The translations under genes and the position numbers were made by a program. Under the pieces are notes generated by a model. The model did no database searches. It was not told where the DNA came from and saw only the letters and a list, made by a program, of their open reading frames with translations. A stretch of 64,000 bases of DNA from a bacterium (GTDB lineage: Bacteria; Patescibacteriota; Minisyncoccia; Minisyncoccales; UBA10102). The stretch is taken from assembly GCA_030647485.1 (NCBI GenBank), contig JAUSJT010000004.1, positions 109,088 to 173,087 on the forward strand, read 5' to 3'. This document shows positions 9,308 to 21,142 of this stretch, in pieces; position 1 is the stretch's first letter, and each line of letters begins with the position of its first letter.

Positions 9308-9817
9308 ATGACGGAGTTATTCGAAAACCTGGGTGTTGACTGGAAACTCTTGTTTGCGCAGGCAGTGAATTTTCTCTTAGTGTTGTGGCTGCTGAATCGC
9401 TTTGTATTCAGAAAGCTCCTTTCATTGCTGGAAGAGCGTAAAAAGAAGATTGAACAGGGATTGGAGCTGCGAGACCGAGCGGAAAAAGAGGTTGCGCAAA
9501 TTGGAAACGCACGCCATCGTGCATTACAAGAGGTAAAGAAAGAAGCAGAAATCGTGCTGTCTCAAACAAGGGATTTGGCTCGACAAAAAGAGCAAGAATT
9601 ATTAAAAGCCGCTAAAGAACAGCAAGAAACCATACTTTTGAATGCTCGTGCCCAGGGAGAAAAAGACAAGGAAGATATGCTACGGGAAGCGCAGCAGGAG
9701 ATACGCATGAGAGCTTTGTTCTTAGCGGAGCAGGCGTTAGGGAGAACGCTTACCCCTAAAGACGAAGAGAGAATAGCAAAAGAAGTAGTGCAGGCGTTGA
9801 AGAACTATGCAAAGTAA
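9308..9817 (+). CDS. atpF: F0F1 ATP synthase subunit b
   Basis: Q.VNF..L..LL TM segment then coiled coil; operon position. Confidence 0.93.
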   Translation: MTELFENLGVDWKLLFAQAVNFLLVLWLLNRFVFRKLLSLLEERKKKIEQGLELRDRAEKEVAQIGNARHRALQEVKKEAEIVLSQTRDLARQKEQELLKAAKEQQETILLNARAQGEKDKEDMLREAQQEIRMRALFLAEQALGRTLTPKDEERIAKEVVQALKNYAK

Positions 9818-10202
9818 AGTACGAATATACGCAAAGGTATTATATGAAGTCCTGAAGGGAGTTTCTTTAAGCGAGCAGAAAAAAAGGATTCATGCATTAT
9901 ATGGTATCTTAAAAAAGAGGGGAGATATAAAGATAAGCAACGGCATTTTGCAGGAATTTCAACGGTTAGAGAAAGAACAGAAGGGAAAAATAGGGAAAGC
10001 GGTTTCTGCACGGCGTCTGTCCTCATCTGTCAAAGCAACGCTTGTTTCAAAGTTAAAATCCATGAAGTTTGTATTGCAAGATCGAATTGATCCTAGTGTT
10101 ATAGGCGGAGTTGCACTGTTTTTAGGAAATGATTTTTTAATTGATAACACCATCCTTGCAAGATTGAGAAAACTATCCTATGGAAAAAGATTATCTTTTT
10201 GA
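9807..10202 (+). CDS. atpH: F0F1 ATP synthase subunit delta (short)
   Basis: [18 protein letters not shown]...ID.T; position between atpF and atpA. Confidence 0.85.
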   Translation: MQSKVRIYAKVLYEVLKGVSLSEQKKRIHALYGILKKRGDIKISNGILQEFQRLEKEQKGKIGKAVSARRLSSSVKATLVSKLKSMKFVLQDRIDPSVIGGVALFLGNDFLIDNTILARLRKLSYGKRLSF

Positions 10203-11718
10203 CATATTAAAAAAGGAATTAGAAGGCACAAACCTTACTCCCACGAAAGAAGAGGTGGGGCGCGTGGTGAGCGTGGGAGACGGAGTCGTGCAAATTGAAG
10301 GTCTTCCTAATGTGGTGTTTTCTGAAATGGTAGAAATTACCAGGTGGCCGGGTGAGAAGAATGCTCCAGTTCTTCCTGCTCTCGTATTAAACTTGGAAGA
10401 GTACGCCGTAGGAGCAGTTATCTTAGGAGACGATACCTTGGTGCAGGAAGGAGACCTGGTGCGCAGGACAGGAAAAGTATTGTCTGTTCCTGTGGGAGAA
10501 GCATTGCTGGGAAGAGTAGTGAGCCCTTTAGGAGTTCCGTTAGACGGGAAAGGAAGTTTAGACCAAAAAAAGCTTTCATTCTTGCCCATTGAGAGGCCAG
10601 CTCCTGGGGTTATTGACCGAAGCCCGGTGAATATTTCTTTGGCTACAGGCATTAAGGTTATTGATGCCGCCATTCCTATAGGACGGGGACAAAGAGAGCT
10701 TATCATAGGAGACCGGCAAATAGGCAAAACTGCCATGGTGCAAGACACCATTTTGAACCAACTGCACGAGCCAAAAGAGAAGCGCCCTGTCTGCATTTAT
10801 GTTGCCATTGGGCAAAAAGCTTCCAAGGTAGCCCAGTTGGTAAAAGATTTGGAAAGCAGGGGAGCCATGGAATATACCATAGTGGTTGCAGCAGTTGCTT
10901 CAGATCCGGTTCCATTGTGGTTTGTTGCTCCGTATGCCGGATGTTCTATGGGAGAATATTTCAGAGACAAGGGCAAGGACGCTTTGATTATTTATGACGA
11001 TCTTTCCAAACACGCATGGGCATGGCGCCAGATTGCCTTGCTCTTAAGAAGACCGCCAGGAAGAGAGGCGTACCCTGGAGACGTGTTCTATCTCCATTCA
11101 AGGCTGTTGGAACGCGCGGCAAAGCTGTCTGAAGAGAAGGGCGGAGGTTCTCTTACCGCCCTGCCTATTGTGGAAACGCAATTGGGAGACGTGTCAGCAT
11201 ATATCCCCACCAACATCATTTCTATTACCGACGGTCAAATCTATTTGGAATCTGATTTGTTTAGCAAAGGACAAAGGCCTGCGGTGAATATAGGGTTGTC
11301 GGTGTCTCGCGTGGGAAGCTCGGCGCAAACCAAGGCGATGAAGAAAGTTGCTTCTCAACTTAAGCTTGATTTGGCCCAATACCAAGAGCTGGCGGCGTTT
11401 GCTCAATTCAGCCAGGATTTGGATGCGACAACTAAAAAACGCATTGACAGGGGAGCGCGGCTTATGGAGTTGTTGAAACAACCCCAATTTGAGGTTTTGC
11501 CTATGGAACAGCAGGTGTGCGTGTTGTTTGCGGGCAATGCAGGATATTTGGATTCTGTCCCTTTAGAAAAAGTGAGAGAGTTTGAATCAAAACTGTTGGA
11601 ATATATGCAGGCGCATAACCCTGATATTTTAGAATCTATTCAAAAGACAAGAGATTTTTCAGAAGAAACGCAGAATAAACTAAAGCAAGTGTTAGATGAG
11701 TTCAAAGAAACAGCTTAA
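10180..11718 (+). CDS. atpA: F0F1 ATP synthase subunit alpha
   Basis: [39 protein letters not shown]. Confidence 0.98.
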   Translation: MEKDYLFDILKKELEGTNLTPTKEEVGRVVSVGDGVVQIEGLPNVVFSEMVEITRWPGEKNAPVLPALVLNLEEYAVGAVILGDDTLVQEGDLVRRTGKVLSVPVGEALLGRVVSPLGVPLDGKGSLDQKKLSFLPIERPAPGVIDRSPVNISLATGIKVIDAAIPIGRGQRELIIGDRQIGKTAMVQDTILNQLHEPKEKRPVCIYVAIGQKASKVAQLVKDLESRGAMEYTIVVAAVASDPVPLWFVAPYAGCSMGEYFRDKGKDALIIYDDLSKHAWAWRQIALLLRRPPGREAYPGDVFYLHSRLLERAAKLSEEKGGGSLTALPIVETQLGDVSAYIPTNIISITDGQIYLESDLFSKGQRPAVNIGLSVSRVGSSAQTKAMKKVASQLKLDLAQYQELAAFAQFSQDLDATTKKRIDRGARLMELLKQPQFEVLPMEQQVCVLFAGNAGYLDSVPLEKVREFESKLLEYMQAHNPDILESIQKTRDFSEETQNKLKQVLDEFKETA

Positions 11719-12622
11719 AACTAAAATACGCGCGGTGGGGAATATTAAGCAGATAACGCGAGCCATGGAAATGGTGGCTGCAACTAAAATGAGAAAAACT
11801 CAAGAGGTTGCGCTACGTGCCCGTCCTTATGCGAAATACGCGCTTTCACTATTGCGCAGCCTTTTGCTTCTTGAAGGAGGGGAGGAGTTGAGAGCGCAGA
11901 GCCATTTCTTCAAGGAAGTGAACCGAAAGAATCCCTGTCTTGTGGTGGTGACTTCAGATAGGGGCTTGTGCGGAGGGTTCAATAGCCAGGTGTTAAGAGC
12001 TGCACTCAAGTTTAGAGAGGAGTATCCAGAGTTATCTGTTGTGGCTATTGGGAAAAAAGGGAAAGAGTTCTTTGAAAGACGTGATATCCCTGTTTTGAAA
12101 AGCTTCTCTGATTTCTCCGAGGTTGTAACTCTTGCCGATGTTGCTCCCGTAGCAGAGTTTCTTATGACAGAATATGCACAGCATAGGCATGACACCATTG
12201 AGTTTTGTTCCACTCAATTTGTTTCTGCGCTATTCCAAAAAGTGGCGCTGCACAGGGTGTTGCCCATTACGGAAGATGAGCTGGAAAAGACGATTCAAGG
12301 AATTATTCCAAAGTCGGGGAGGTATTCTGATATTCAAAACGTAGAAGAAAAGCAAGAATCCGTTGTGTCGCTCCTAGAACCTGGAGCAAAGAATATCTTT
12401 GAAGAACTGGTAGAAGATTTAGTCAGGGTAGAGATCCTTCATCTTATCTTTGAATCCAATGCGTCAGAACATTCAGCCAGAATGTTTGCCATGAAGAATG
12501 CAACAGACAATGCCGAAGATTTAGAAGAAGATCTCCAACTTCTTTTAAACAAAGCGAGACAGGGAGCCATTACCCAGGAATTGAGCGAGATCGCAAGCGC
12601 AAAAGAAGCATTGATATCATGA
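11696..12622 (+). CDS. atpG: F0F1 ATP synthase subunit gamma
   Basis: [39 protein letters not shown]. Confidence 0.97.
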   Translation: MSSKKQLKTKIRAVGNIKQITRAMEMVAATKMRKTQEVALRARPYAKYALSLLRSLLLLEGGEELRAQSHFFKEVNRKNPCLVVVTSDRGLCGGFNSQVLRAALKFREEYPELSVVAIGKKGKEFFERRDIPVLKSFSDFSEVVTLADVAPVAEFLMTEYAQHRHDTIEFCSTQFVSALFQKVALHRVLPITEDELEKTIQGIIPKSGRYSDIQNVEEKQESVVSLLEPGAKNIFEELVEDLVRVEILHLIFESNASEHSARMFAMKNATDNAEDLEEDLQLLLNKARQGAITQELSEIASAKEALIS

Positions 12623-12635
12623 TAATAAATTTTAG

Positions 12636-14119
<1,484 letters not shown>

Positions 14120-14146
14120 ACTTAGCTAAGCTAAGTTTGAACAGAT

Positions 14147-14392
14147 ATGACATTTCCACTTTTGGTATTCGCAATAGACAGGGAAATCTTTGCGGGGAAC
14201 GCGCAGTCCCTTATCGTGCCCGGAGCAGACGGGGAACTTCAGATTTTAGCTGACCACACTCCGCTTATCGTCCAGTTAAAGGAGGGGGACGTGAGAATTG
14301 AGGGAGAAAACGGAATAACAACAAAGCTGCCCATCGCAGGAGGAGTAGTGGAGGTAAAACCCCATGAGGTCGTGGCGCTTGTAAACTTTTAA
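14147..14392 (+). CDS. atpC: F0F1 ATP synthase subunit epsilon (N-terminal domain only)
   Basis: PG.DGELQIL.DH.PL...L..G, GG..EV; 81 aa, no C-terminal helices. Confidence 0.9.
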   Translation: MTFPLLVFAIDREIFAGNAQSLIVPGADGELQILADHTPLIVQLKEGDVRIEGENGITTKLPIAGGVVEVKPHEVVALVNF

Positions 14393-14440
14393 AATATCTA
14401 CTATAATGCCCAGCAGCGTAAAGGAAGGAGCTTTCGTTTT

Positions 14441-14851
14441 ATGACACAGCATGTTCAATGCCCGGCAGTAGTTGTTCATTGCATGGACTTTAGGTTCAGA
14501 GGGTTCCTGAACAGGCATTTTGATGAGCGTTTTCCCGAAGGATATGATTTAGTATCTCTTGCAGGGGGTATTAAATCACTCATCGAAGACGGCCAAATCG
14601 ATAACTTTGAGTTAAGGCAATTGCAGCTTTCAGATCGTCTGCATCACCCGTCCGTAATCGTACTTGTGCAGCATGAGGACTGCGGTGCATACGGTGGGAG
14701 CAAAGGATTTCAAGAAGCTGACCAGGAACTCAACTTCCAAGGTCAAGAACTTGCAAAGGCAAAAATCCTGTTACAAGAGCAGTTGCCGAATCACAAGATC
14801 GAAACCTACTTTATCCGATTGTCAGGCGAAATGGTCTCTCTGCCGGGCTGA
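14441..14851 (+). CDS. beta-carbonic-anhydrase-like zinc protein
   Basis: CMDFR and HEDCGAY zinc-ligand motifs. Confidence 0.75.
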   Translation: MTQHVQCPAVVVHCMDFRFRGFLNRHFDERFPEGYDLVSLAGGIKSLIEDGQIDNFELRQLQLSDRLHHPSVIVLVQHEDCGAYGGSKGFQEADQELNFQGQELAKAKILLQEQLPNHKIETYFIRLSGEMVSLPG

Positions 14852-14869
14852 AGCCCCCGGCTTTTTCTT

Positions 14870-14898
14870 TTGACAGGAGGTTTTGAAGGGGATATAAT
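14870..14898 (+). promoter_or_regulatory. consensus sigma70 promoter
   Basis: TTGACA 14870-14875, 17-nt spacer, TATAAT 14893-14898. Confidence 0.8.
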
Positions 14899-14905
14899 AC
14901 ACGAT

Positions 14906-14956
14906 ATGAAAAACACATGCCCCACGTGTGGCAAGGACACTTGTACTGGTTGTTAA
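14906..14956 (+). CDS. 16-aa CxxC-CxxC micro-peptide MKNTCPTCGKDTCTGC
   Basis: ATG 7 nt after perfect -10; four Cys in two CxxC pairs; own terminator. Confidence 0.55.
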   Translation: MKNTCPTCGKDTCTGC

Positions 14957-14975
14957 GCGGTCACGCCACCTCATC

Positions 14976-15008
14976 ACAAAACACCCTCTCTGGAGAGTGT
15001 TTTGTTTT
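14976..15008 (+). terminator. intrinsic terminator after micro-peptide ORF
   Basis: acaaaacac.ctc-tctg-gag.gtgttttgt stem plus T tract. Confidence 0.65.
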
Positions 15009-15094
15009 CTGCAAGAGACGCCGCATAGGTAAAACTTAATTCCATTAAGTTTTACAATTTTGACGGGAGAATATGGGAAAGGTATAATATTCCT

Positions 15095-15331
15095 ATGCCA
15101 AAAGTTATTATCTATAGCACGCCTTACTGCGTGTATTGCAAAGCAGCAAAAGAATTCTTCCAGGAACACGGAGTTAAGTATGAGGAAAAAGATGTGGCAA
15201 ATGATGAAGAGGCAAGAGAGCGTATGATTCATAAATCAGGCCAGCTTGGGGTCCCCGTTATTGAGATTGGTGACGAGGTTGTTGTTGGATTTGATAAAAA
15301 GAGGTTAGCAGTATTGCTTGCAATAAGATAA
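15095..15331 (+). CDS. glutaredoxin-like protein (NrdH/YruB type)
   Basis: YSTPYCVYC, SGQLGVPVI, GFD motifs; TATAAT 6 nt upstream. Confidence 0.9.
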   Translation: MPKVIIYSTPYCVYCKAAKEFFQEHGVKYEEKDVANDEEARERMIHKSGQLGVPVIEIGDEVVVGFDKKRLAVLLAIR

Positions 15332-16470
15332 TGGAGAAAGAGCCGCAGTTATACGACGAATGGGGACCAGAAGATGTGGTTCAAGTATCAAGGCCAGAAA
15401 TCAATCTGGTTGGTTTTTTGGTCATAGACAACATGGCCCTTGGTCCTGGAAAGGGAGGTATTCGCATGACTCCGAACGTGACAGAGGAAGAGGTGCGAAG
15501 ACTTGCACGGGCAATGACGTGGAAGAACGCCCTGGCAGGCATCCCATTCGGAGGAGCGAAAGCCGGAATTAGATTTACCGGAACTTCCGTGGAAGAAAAA
15601 AAGAGAGCCATACAGGAGTTTGCAAGAGCAATCAAAATCTTCACTCCTGGAAAATATATCGCAGGGCCTGACGTGAATACCGGAGAACAAGAGATGCAGT
15701 GGTTTGTAGAAGCAACAGGAAACTGGAGGTCAGCTACTGGAAAGCCCGCAAAGCTGTGCATGCTCGTATTCGGAAAAGGGGGAACAAAACAGCAATGCGG
15801 TATTCCTCATGAGTTTGGGAGTACGGGGTTTGGAGTAGCGCATGCAACAAAAGTTGCTGCAGAGCTTCTGAAACTGGATATGAAGGGCGCGAGGGTTTCT
15901 ATCCATGGGTTTGGGAACGTGGGAACATTCACTGCCCAGCATCTTTACAATATGGGGGCTAAAATTGTTGCGGTCGCAGATAAAGACGGAGCGGTATATG
16001 CAAAAGACGGACTAGATCTGAAAAAACTTCTCAAGCTTTCTTCTGCGAGAAAGCCAGTAACAGAATATGGCAAGGGAAGCGTGATACGGCCCGAGGATTT
16101 TTGGGGCGTTCCGGTAGATATCCTTATTCCTGCTTCTGTAACTGATGTGATTAATGAAAAGAATAAAGACCATATCAAGACAAAACTTATTGTAGAGGGG
16201 GCGAACATCCCAATGCGAGAAGAAGTTGAAAGAGAATTGTGGGAGAAGGGAATTTGTATAATCCCTGATTTTGTTGCAAATGCGGGAGGGGTGATTTCTT
16301 CCTATGCCGAGTATCGGGGGTATAACCCAAAGAAAATGTTTGACACAGTGCAAAAGAAGATTATTGCGAGCACTACTCGAGTTATGGGAGAAAGCTTGAA
16401 AAGGGGAATATACCCCAGGCAGGTGGCTCTGGATATTGCCCAGCGTATTATCAAAGAGAAAAAGAGATAA
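15331..16470 (+). CDS. Glu/Leu/Phe/Val dehydrogenase
   Basis: GPGKGGIR, MTWK.A..G.PFGGAK, GFGNVG, EGAN, PDFVANAGGV. Confidence 0.92.
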   Translation: MEKEPQLYDEWGPEDVVQVSRPEINLVGFLVIDNMALGPGKGGIRMTPNVTEEEVRRLARAMTWKNALAGIPFGGAKAGIRFTGTSVEEKKRAIQEFARAIKIFTPGKYIAGPDVNTGEQEMQWFVEATGNWRSATGKPAKLCMLVFGKGGTKQQCGIPHEFGSTGFGVAHATKVAAELLKLDMKGARVSIHGFGNVGTFTAQHLYNMGAKIVAVADKDGAVYAKDGLDLKKLLKLSSARKPVTEYGKGSVIRPEDFWGVPVDILIPASVTDVINEKNKDHIKTKLIVEGANIPMREEVERELWEKGICIIPDFVANAGGVISSYAEYRGYNPKKMFDTVQKKIIASTTRVMGESLKRGIYPRQVALDIAQRIIKEKKR

Positions 16471-16474
16471 GAGA

Positions 16475-17620
16475 ATGAAGTCAAACTCTGCATTGAAGGA
16501 ATTATCTATAGCTTCTCATCGCAAACTGAGGGGAAAGATTGGTATTGTCAGCAAGGCGCCATTGCGATCCCAGAATGATCTTAAGATTTATTACACGCCC
16601 GGAGTGGGGGCAGTAGCCGCATACCTTGCAACACACAAGAAGGAAGCAAGGGATTTAACCATGAAAGGGAATGCGGTTGCTGTTATATCAGATGGTTCTC
16701 GCGTGCTGGGATTGGGGAATATTGGACCTGAAGCAGCGCTTCCTGTCATGGAGGGTAAGGCAATGATTTTCAAGGAGTTTGCAGGCATTGACGCCTTTCC
16801 CATTGTTTTAGATACCCAAGATGTAGGAGAAATTGTAAAGACCATACGATACATTTCTCCTGCATTCGGAGCCATTAACCTAGAAGACATTGCCGCTCCT
16901 CGATGTTTTGAGATAGAGAAGCAGCTTCAGAAAATTCTTCCCTTGTTTGTTATGCATGACGACCAGCATGCAACGGCAATTGCCGTCTTAGCAGGGCTTA
17001 TCAATGCTTTTAAGGTTGTAAAGAAGAACCTAAAAACAAGCAAGATCGTGGTTATAGGCGCGGGAGCTGCGGGATCTGCAACTGCAAAGCTCCTTGTTGC
17101 ATACGGAGCGCGCAATGTAGTTGTTGTAGACGAGAAGGGCATTCTTTCTGCCAAGAGGAAGGGGCTCAATCTATATCAGAAAGAGCTTGCAGCCATGACA
17201 AATAAAAAGAATGTGCAAGGGACGCTTCAGGGTGCTCTTTTAGGGGCTGACGCAATGGTGGGGCTTTCTGCGCCCAATATTGTGAAGTCAGGGGATGTGA
17301 AACGCATGGCTGTCAAATCTATTGTGTTCGCCCTTGCAAATCCTGTGCCGGAAATTATGCCCCAAGATGCCAAGGTAGGAGGAGCATTTATTGTGGCGAC
17401 CGGGAGATCTGACTTTGAAAATCAAGTGAACAATGCCCTTGTGTTCCCCGGGGTATTCAGGGGAGCGCTTGATCATAGGGTGAAAAAGATAACATGGGAT
17501 ATGAAGATACGGGCTGCAAAGGTTTTAGCTTCGCTCGTCAAGAAACCGACCCCTCGCGCTATTGTTCCTTCCGTGTTTGACCCTAGGGTGGTAAAGGCAT
17601 TAGCTTCTGTTATACAATAA
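16475..17620 (+). CDS. NAD(P)-dependent malic enzyme
   Basis: YTPGV, SDGS.VLGLGNIG, PVMEGK, NLEDI.APRCF, HDDQH, ATGRSD..NQVNN. Confidence 0.93.
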   Translation: MKSNSALKELSIASHRKLRGKIGIVSKAPLRSQNDLKIYYTPGVGAVAAYLATHKKEARDLTMKGNAVAVISDGSRVLGLGNIGPEAALPVMEGKAMIFKEFAGIDAFPIVLDTQDVGEIVKTIRYISPAFGAINLEDIAAPRCFEIEKQLQKILPLFVMHDDQHATAIAVLAGLINAFKVVKKNLKTSKIVVIGAGAAGSATAKLLVAYGARNVVVVDEKGILSAKRKGLNLYQKELAAMTNKKNVQGTLQGALLGADAMVGLSAPNIVKSGDVKRMAVKSIVFALANPVPEIMPQDAKVGGAFIVATGRSDFENQVNNALVFPGVFRGALDHRVKKITWDMKIRAAKVLASLVKKPTPRAIVPSVFDPRVVKALASVIQ

Positions 17621-17630
17621 AGCAACAACT

Positions 17631-18554
17631 ATGACGTATGATCTTGTTATCGTGGGGTCGGGGGCTGCGGGGTTGTCTGCGGCCTTGTACGCGAGAAGAT
17701 ATAACATGAATACTCTTGTGTTTGAGGGTGAGTTTGGAGGGGAAACGGCAACCGCAGGAAAGATTGAGAACTACCCTGGCATTATGTCTGTTGATGGGTA
17801 TGATTTAATGAAAACCATGAAAGAACAAGGGAAAGTTCTTGGGGTTCAGTTCTTGGAAGAGAGAGTGCAAAAGATTGAGCGCCAGGAAGCATATTTTCTT
17901 GTGACAGGAGAGAAGGAGACGTTCCAAGCAAAAGCCATTATCTTGGCCATAGGATCCCAAAGAAGGCATTTGGGTCTTTCCAAGGAGCAGGAGCTTACCG
18001 GGCGGGGCGTGCACTACTGCGTAACCTGCGACGGCCCCGTATTCGCGGGCAAGACCGTTGCCATGGTTGGGGGAGGGGATTCTTCTGTAAAGGGAGTGAA
18101 CTTTCTGGGAGAATACGCGCAGAAGATTTATTTCATTGTCCGTGGTAAAGAGATTGTTGCTGAATTTATAAACCTTGCCCAGATGAAGAAACTTGGAGAC
18201 AAGGTAGAGGTGTTGTTAGAAACAGAAGTGAAAGAACTGGTAGGGGATAAGATGCTCGAGAAAGTCGTTCTTTCAAAAGCATATAAGGGATCTGCGGAGC
18301 TTGCCTTAGACGGCATGTTTGTTGAGGTTGGATATGACCCCGATCAAACATTCGTAAAGCAGCTTGGTCTCCAAGTGGATGAAGCGGGATACACAAAAGC
18401 AGACAATATGATGTGCACCAATATTCCTGGGGTTTTTGCCGCAGGAGATTCAACCAATCATTTTGGGAGATTTAAGCAAGATATTACCGCCGCGGCCTTG
18501 GGAGCTGTTGCGGCAACTTCTGCGTACGAGTATAATACAATCTATGGACAATAA
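17631..18554 (+). CDS. trxB: thioredoxin-disulfide reductase
   Basis: G.G.AGLSAALY, IENYPG, GVHYCVTCDG, VGGGDS, GVFAAGD. Confidence 0.88.
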   Translation: MTYDLVIVGSGAAGLSAALYARRYNMNTLVFEGEFGGETATAGKIENYPGIMSVDGYDLMKTMKEQGKVLGVQFLEERVQKIERQEAYFLVTGEKETFQAKAIILAIGSQRRHLGLSKEQELTGRGVHYCVTCDGPVFAGKTVAMVGGGDSSVKGVNFLGEYAQKIYFIVRGKEIVAEFINLAQMKKLGDKVEVLLETEVKELVGDKMLEKVVLSKAYKGSAELALDGMFVEVGYDPDQTFVKQLGLQVDEAGYTKADNMMCTNIPGVFAAGDSTNHFGRFKQDITAAALGAVAATSAYEYNTIYGQ

Positions 18555-19236
18555 ATTTGCTATTCCAGGAGCAATCCTGGCAGGCGCCCTCATTATCGCA
18601 GGAGCAGTAGTATACGGAGATGATATTAGGGAAAGGATGCAGCCGGGGAATACGCCTAGCGTAAGAGAGCAGAGGGGTGATACCCTTGTTGTTCCTACCC
18701 TTGATGTTGCTGTAGCTGCTTCTGACCATATCCGAGGGAACGTGAATGCCCAAATTACCATTGTGGAGTATTCGGATTTGGAATGCACGTTCTGCAAGAG
18801 ATTCCATGAGACTATGAATCAGGTACTTGCAGTGTATGGAGACAAGGTACGCTGGGTATACAGGCATTTCCCCTTAGACCAAATACATACGAAGGCAGAT
18901 AAAGAAGCAGAGGCTGCAGAGTGCGCAGGGGAATTGGGAGGAAACGATGCGTTCTGGGCGTATATTGATAAGATATTTGAAATTACTCCTTCCAATAACG
19001 GATTGGATCTTGCCTTATTGCCTCAAATTGCTCAGGATATGGGTTTGGATAAGGGAAAGTTTGAATCCTGTCTGTCATCAGGAAAATATGCCGAGCTTGT
19101 AGAAGCACAATTTCAGGAAGGAATGAGATTGGGAGTGAACGGAACTCCAGGAAGCTTTATAAACGGTCAACCCGTTCGCGGAGCAGTTCCTTTTGAGGCG
19201 CTTAAGGGCATGATTGACGATCAATTAGCGAAATAG
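18544..19236 (+). CDS. DsbA-family disulfide oxidoreductase, membrane-anchored
   Basis: N-terminal TM, EYSDLECTFC, RHFPL, GVNGTP. Confidence 0.9.
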   Translation: MDNKFAIPGAILAGALIIAGAVVYGDDIRERMQPGNTPSVREQRGDTLVVPTLDVAVAASDHIRGNVNAQITIVEYSDLECTFCKRFHETMNQVLAVYGDKVRWVYRHFPLDQIHTKADKEAEAAECAGELGGNDAFWAYIDKIFEITPSNNGLDLALLPQIAQDMGLDKGKFESCLSSGKYAELVEAQFQEGMRLGVNGTPGSFINGQPVRGAVPFEALKGMIDDQLAK

Positions 19237-19237
19237 G

Positions 19238-19930
19238 ATGAGAAGGTTTCTTGTTATTTCTCCTCATCCTGACGATGTGGACTTTTCGTGCGCTGGAACC
19301 ATAGCTAAGCTTGTAAAAGAGGGGAATCAGGTAGAAGAGCTTATCGTTTCAGACGGATCTAAAGGAAGCCATGCGGTAGGGTTTGGAGGCAAGAAGCTTG
19401 CAGGGTTGAGGAAAAAAGAACAGAGGAATGCGGGAAAGGTCCTGGGCGTAGCAGATGTTTCTTTCCTTAGTGAAACAGACGGAGAAGTGGAGAATACGAG
19501 AAATCTGCGGAAGAAACTTGTTGTCTTTATGCGGCAAAGAAAACCCGATGTGGTAATGTGTCCAGAGCCATTCTTGTTTCGTTTTGATAGGGCAGGGATT
19601 CTTCATAGAGATCATAGAAATACTGGAGAGGCGGTATTTGATGCGGTGTATCCTGCGGTAGGGAACGCATCATTCTTCCCCGAGCTTTTAAAGAAGAATC
19701 TTAAACCGCATAACGTGCAAGAGTTTTGGTTCTGGGGATCTTCAAAGCCCCAGCTTATTATTGATATATCAAAAACAATAGAGCAGAAGATCCAGGCTCT
19801 TTTCTGTCATAAGAGCCAGATACGAGACATGGAGGCTTTAGAATTGAGAATCAAGGAGTGGGCAAGAACCATGGGAAAGAAAAAGCACATGCGGTACGCA
19901 GAAGCCTTCCGAGTATTGAAGCTGGGATAA
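19238..19930 (+). CDS. PIG-L/LmbE family deacetylase
   Basis: SPHPDD, H.DH, HKSQ, AEAF motifs. Confidence 0.9.
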   Translation: MRRFLVISPHPDDVDFSCAGTIAKLVKEGNQVEELIVSDGSKGSHAVGFGGKKLAGLRKKEQRNAGKVLGVADVSFLSETDGEVENTRNLRKKLVVFMRQRKPDVVMCPEPFLFRFDRAGILHRDHRNTGEAVFDAVYPAVGNASFFPELLKKNLKPHNVQEFWFWGSSKPQLIIDISKTIEQKIQALFCHKSQIRDMEALELRIKEWARTMGKKKHMRYAEAFRVLKLG

Positions 19931-20061
19931 GGGACTTGCTCTAAGCTTGTCGAAGGGCTTGACTATACTTTTTGCTTCATTTAGGGTATACTAACATAAG
20001 GAGTTCTTCTGTAAACCAAAAGGTCGCCTGTTAACACACAACATAAAACTTACATTTTTCT

Positions 20062-20226
20062 ATGGCAACTGAAGGATATTGTGTAAAGTGCAAGGCAAAG
20101 AGAGACATGACTGGCGAAAAAGAGGTAGCAATGAAGGGAAAGGGCGGAAAGACAAGAAGAGCTATGACCGGCACCTGCCCAAAGTGCGGAACCAAGATGT
20201 TCCGAATTCTAGGGAACAAGAAATAG
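20062..20226 (+). CDS. small zinc-ribbon protein (DUF5679-like), 54 aa, absent from ORF track
   Basis: MATEGYCVKCK...GTCPKCGTKMFRILG; TATACT promoter upstream, hairpin 20245-20277 downstream. Confidence 0.8.
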   Translation: MATEGYCVKCKAKRDMTGEKEVAMKGKGGKTRRAMTGTCPKCGTKMFRILGNKK

Positions 20227-20293
20227 GATAATCGTTCTGCTTTTGCCCCCACACTCATATTTGAGTAGTGGGGGTTTGTGTTATGCTGAATAT

Positions 20294-21139
20294 ATGCAGA
20301 AGAAAAGGATATACGTTATTGGAGGATTAGCGCTTTTGTTTCTGATTGCTGTTTCTCTTTGGAGCGAAGTCTTGAACGCAGGTTCTTTGGAGGTTACATT
20401 CTTTGACGTGGGTCAGGGAGACGCCTCATTCGTCCGTACTTCCCAAGGGCAGCAAATTGTCATTGACGGAGGGTCAGACAACGCCATCTTGACACAACTT
20501 GCCCAAAAGATTCCTTTTTGGGACAAAACCATTGATCTGCTTATTCTTTCTCATCCTGCGAAAGATCATGTGGCTGGTTTCGTTGACGTCATGGAGAAGT
20601 ACAAGGTGAAGAACATCGTATGGAATGGAATTCGCAAGGATACAGAAATTTTTAAGGCATGGGAACGAGCTTTAGAACAAGAGAAGGCAGAAGGCGCGAT
20701 TGTGTCCGTTGTAAGAGCTCCCGGAAAGATTTCTTTAGAGAGCAAGGGGTGTCCTCAATTTCTTGATATCTTATATCCCATTGATGACATTGCTGGGAAA
20801 ATCTTTGTAGACGACAATGACACAGCTCTTGTAGTTCGCCTTGTTTCATGCGATCACTCCGTGCTTTTCACGGGAGATCTCACTCAAAAAGGAGAGAAAC
20901 AAATCCTTGAGAATACTTATGATGTGAATTCAGATGTGTTGAAGGTAGGGCATCATGGGAGCAAGACCTCAAGTTCCAAAGAGTTTATTGAAGCAGTAAG
21001 TCCGGATATTGCGGTCATCTCTTCAGGGGAGGGGAATTCTTACGGGCATCCCCACGAAGAGGTTCTTGCAAGATTCCTGGAATTTGGTATAGATATATTG
21101 AGAACTGATGAATTAGGAGATATTACTTTACGTTTTTAA
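20294..21139 (+). CDS. ComEC/Rec2-type metallo-beta-lactamase fold protein
   Basis: FFDVGQGD, SHP..DH..G, FTGD, KVGHHGS, N.YGHP. Confidence 0.88.
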   Translation: MQKKRIYVIGGLALLFLIAVSLWSEVLNAGSLEVTFFDVGQGDASFVRTSQGQQIVIDGGSDNAILTQLAQKIPFWDKTIDLLILSHPAKDHVAGFVDVMEKYKVKNIVWNGIRKDTEIFKAWERALEQEKAEGAIVSVVRAPGKISLESKGCPQFLDILYPIDDIAGKIFVDDNDTALVVRLVSCDHSVLFTGDLTQKGEKQILENTYDVNSDVLKVGHHGSKTSSSKEFIEAVSPDIAVISSGEGNSYGHPHEEVLARFLEFGIDILRTDELGDITLRF

Positions 21140-21142
21140 TAT

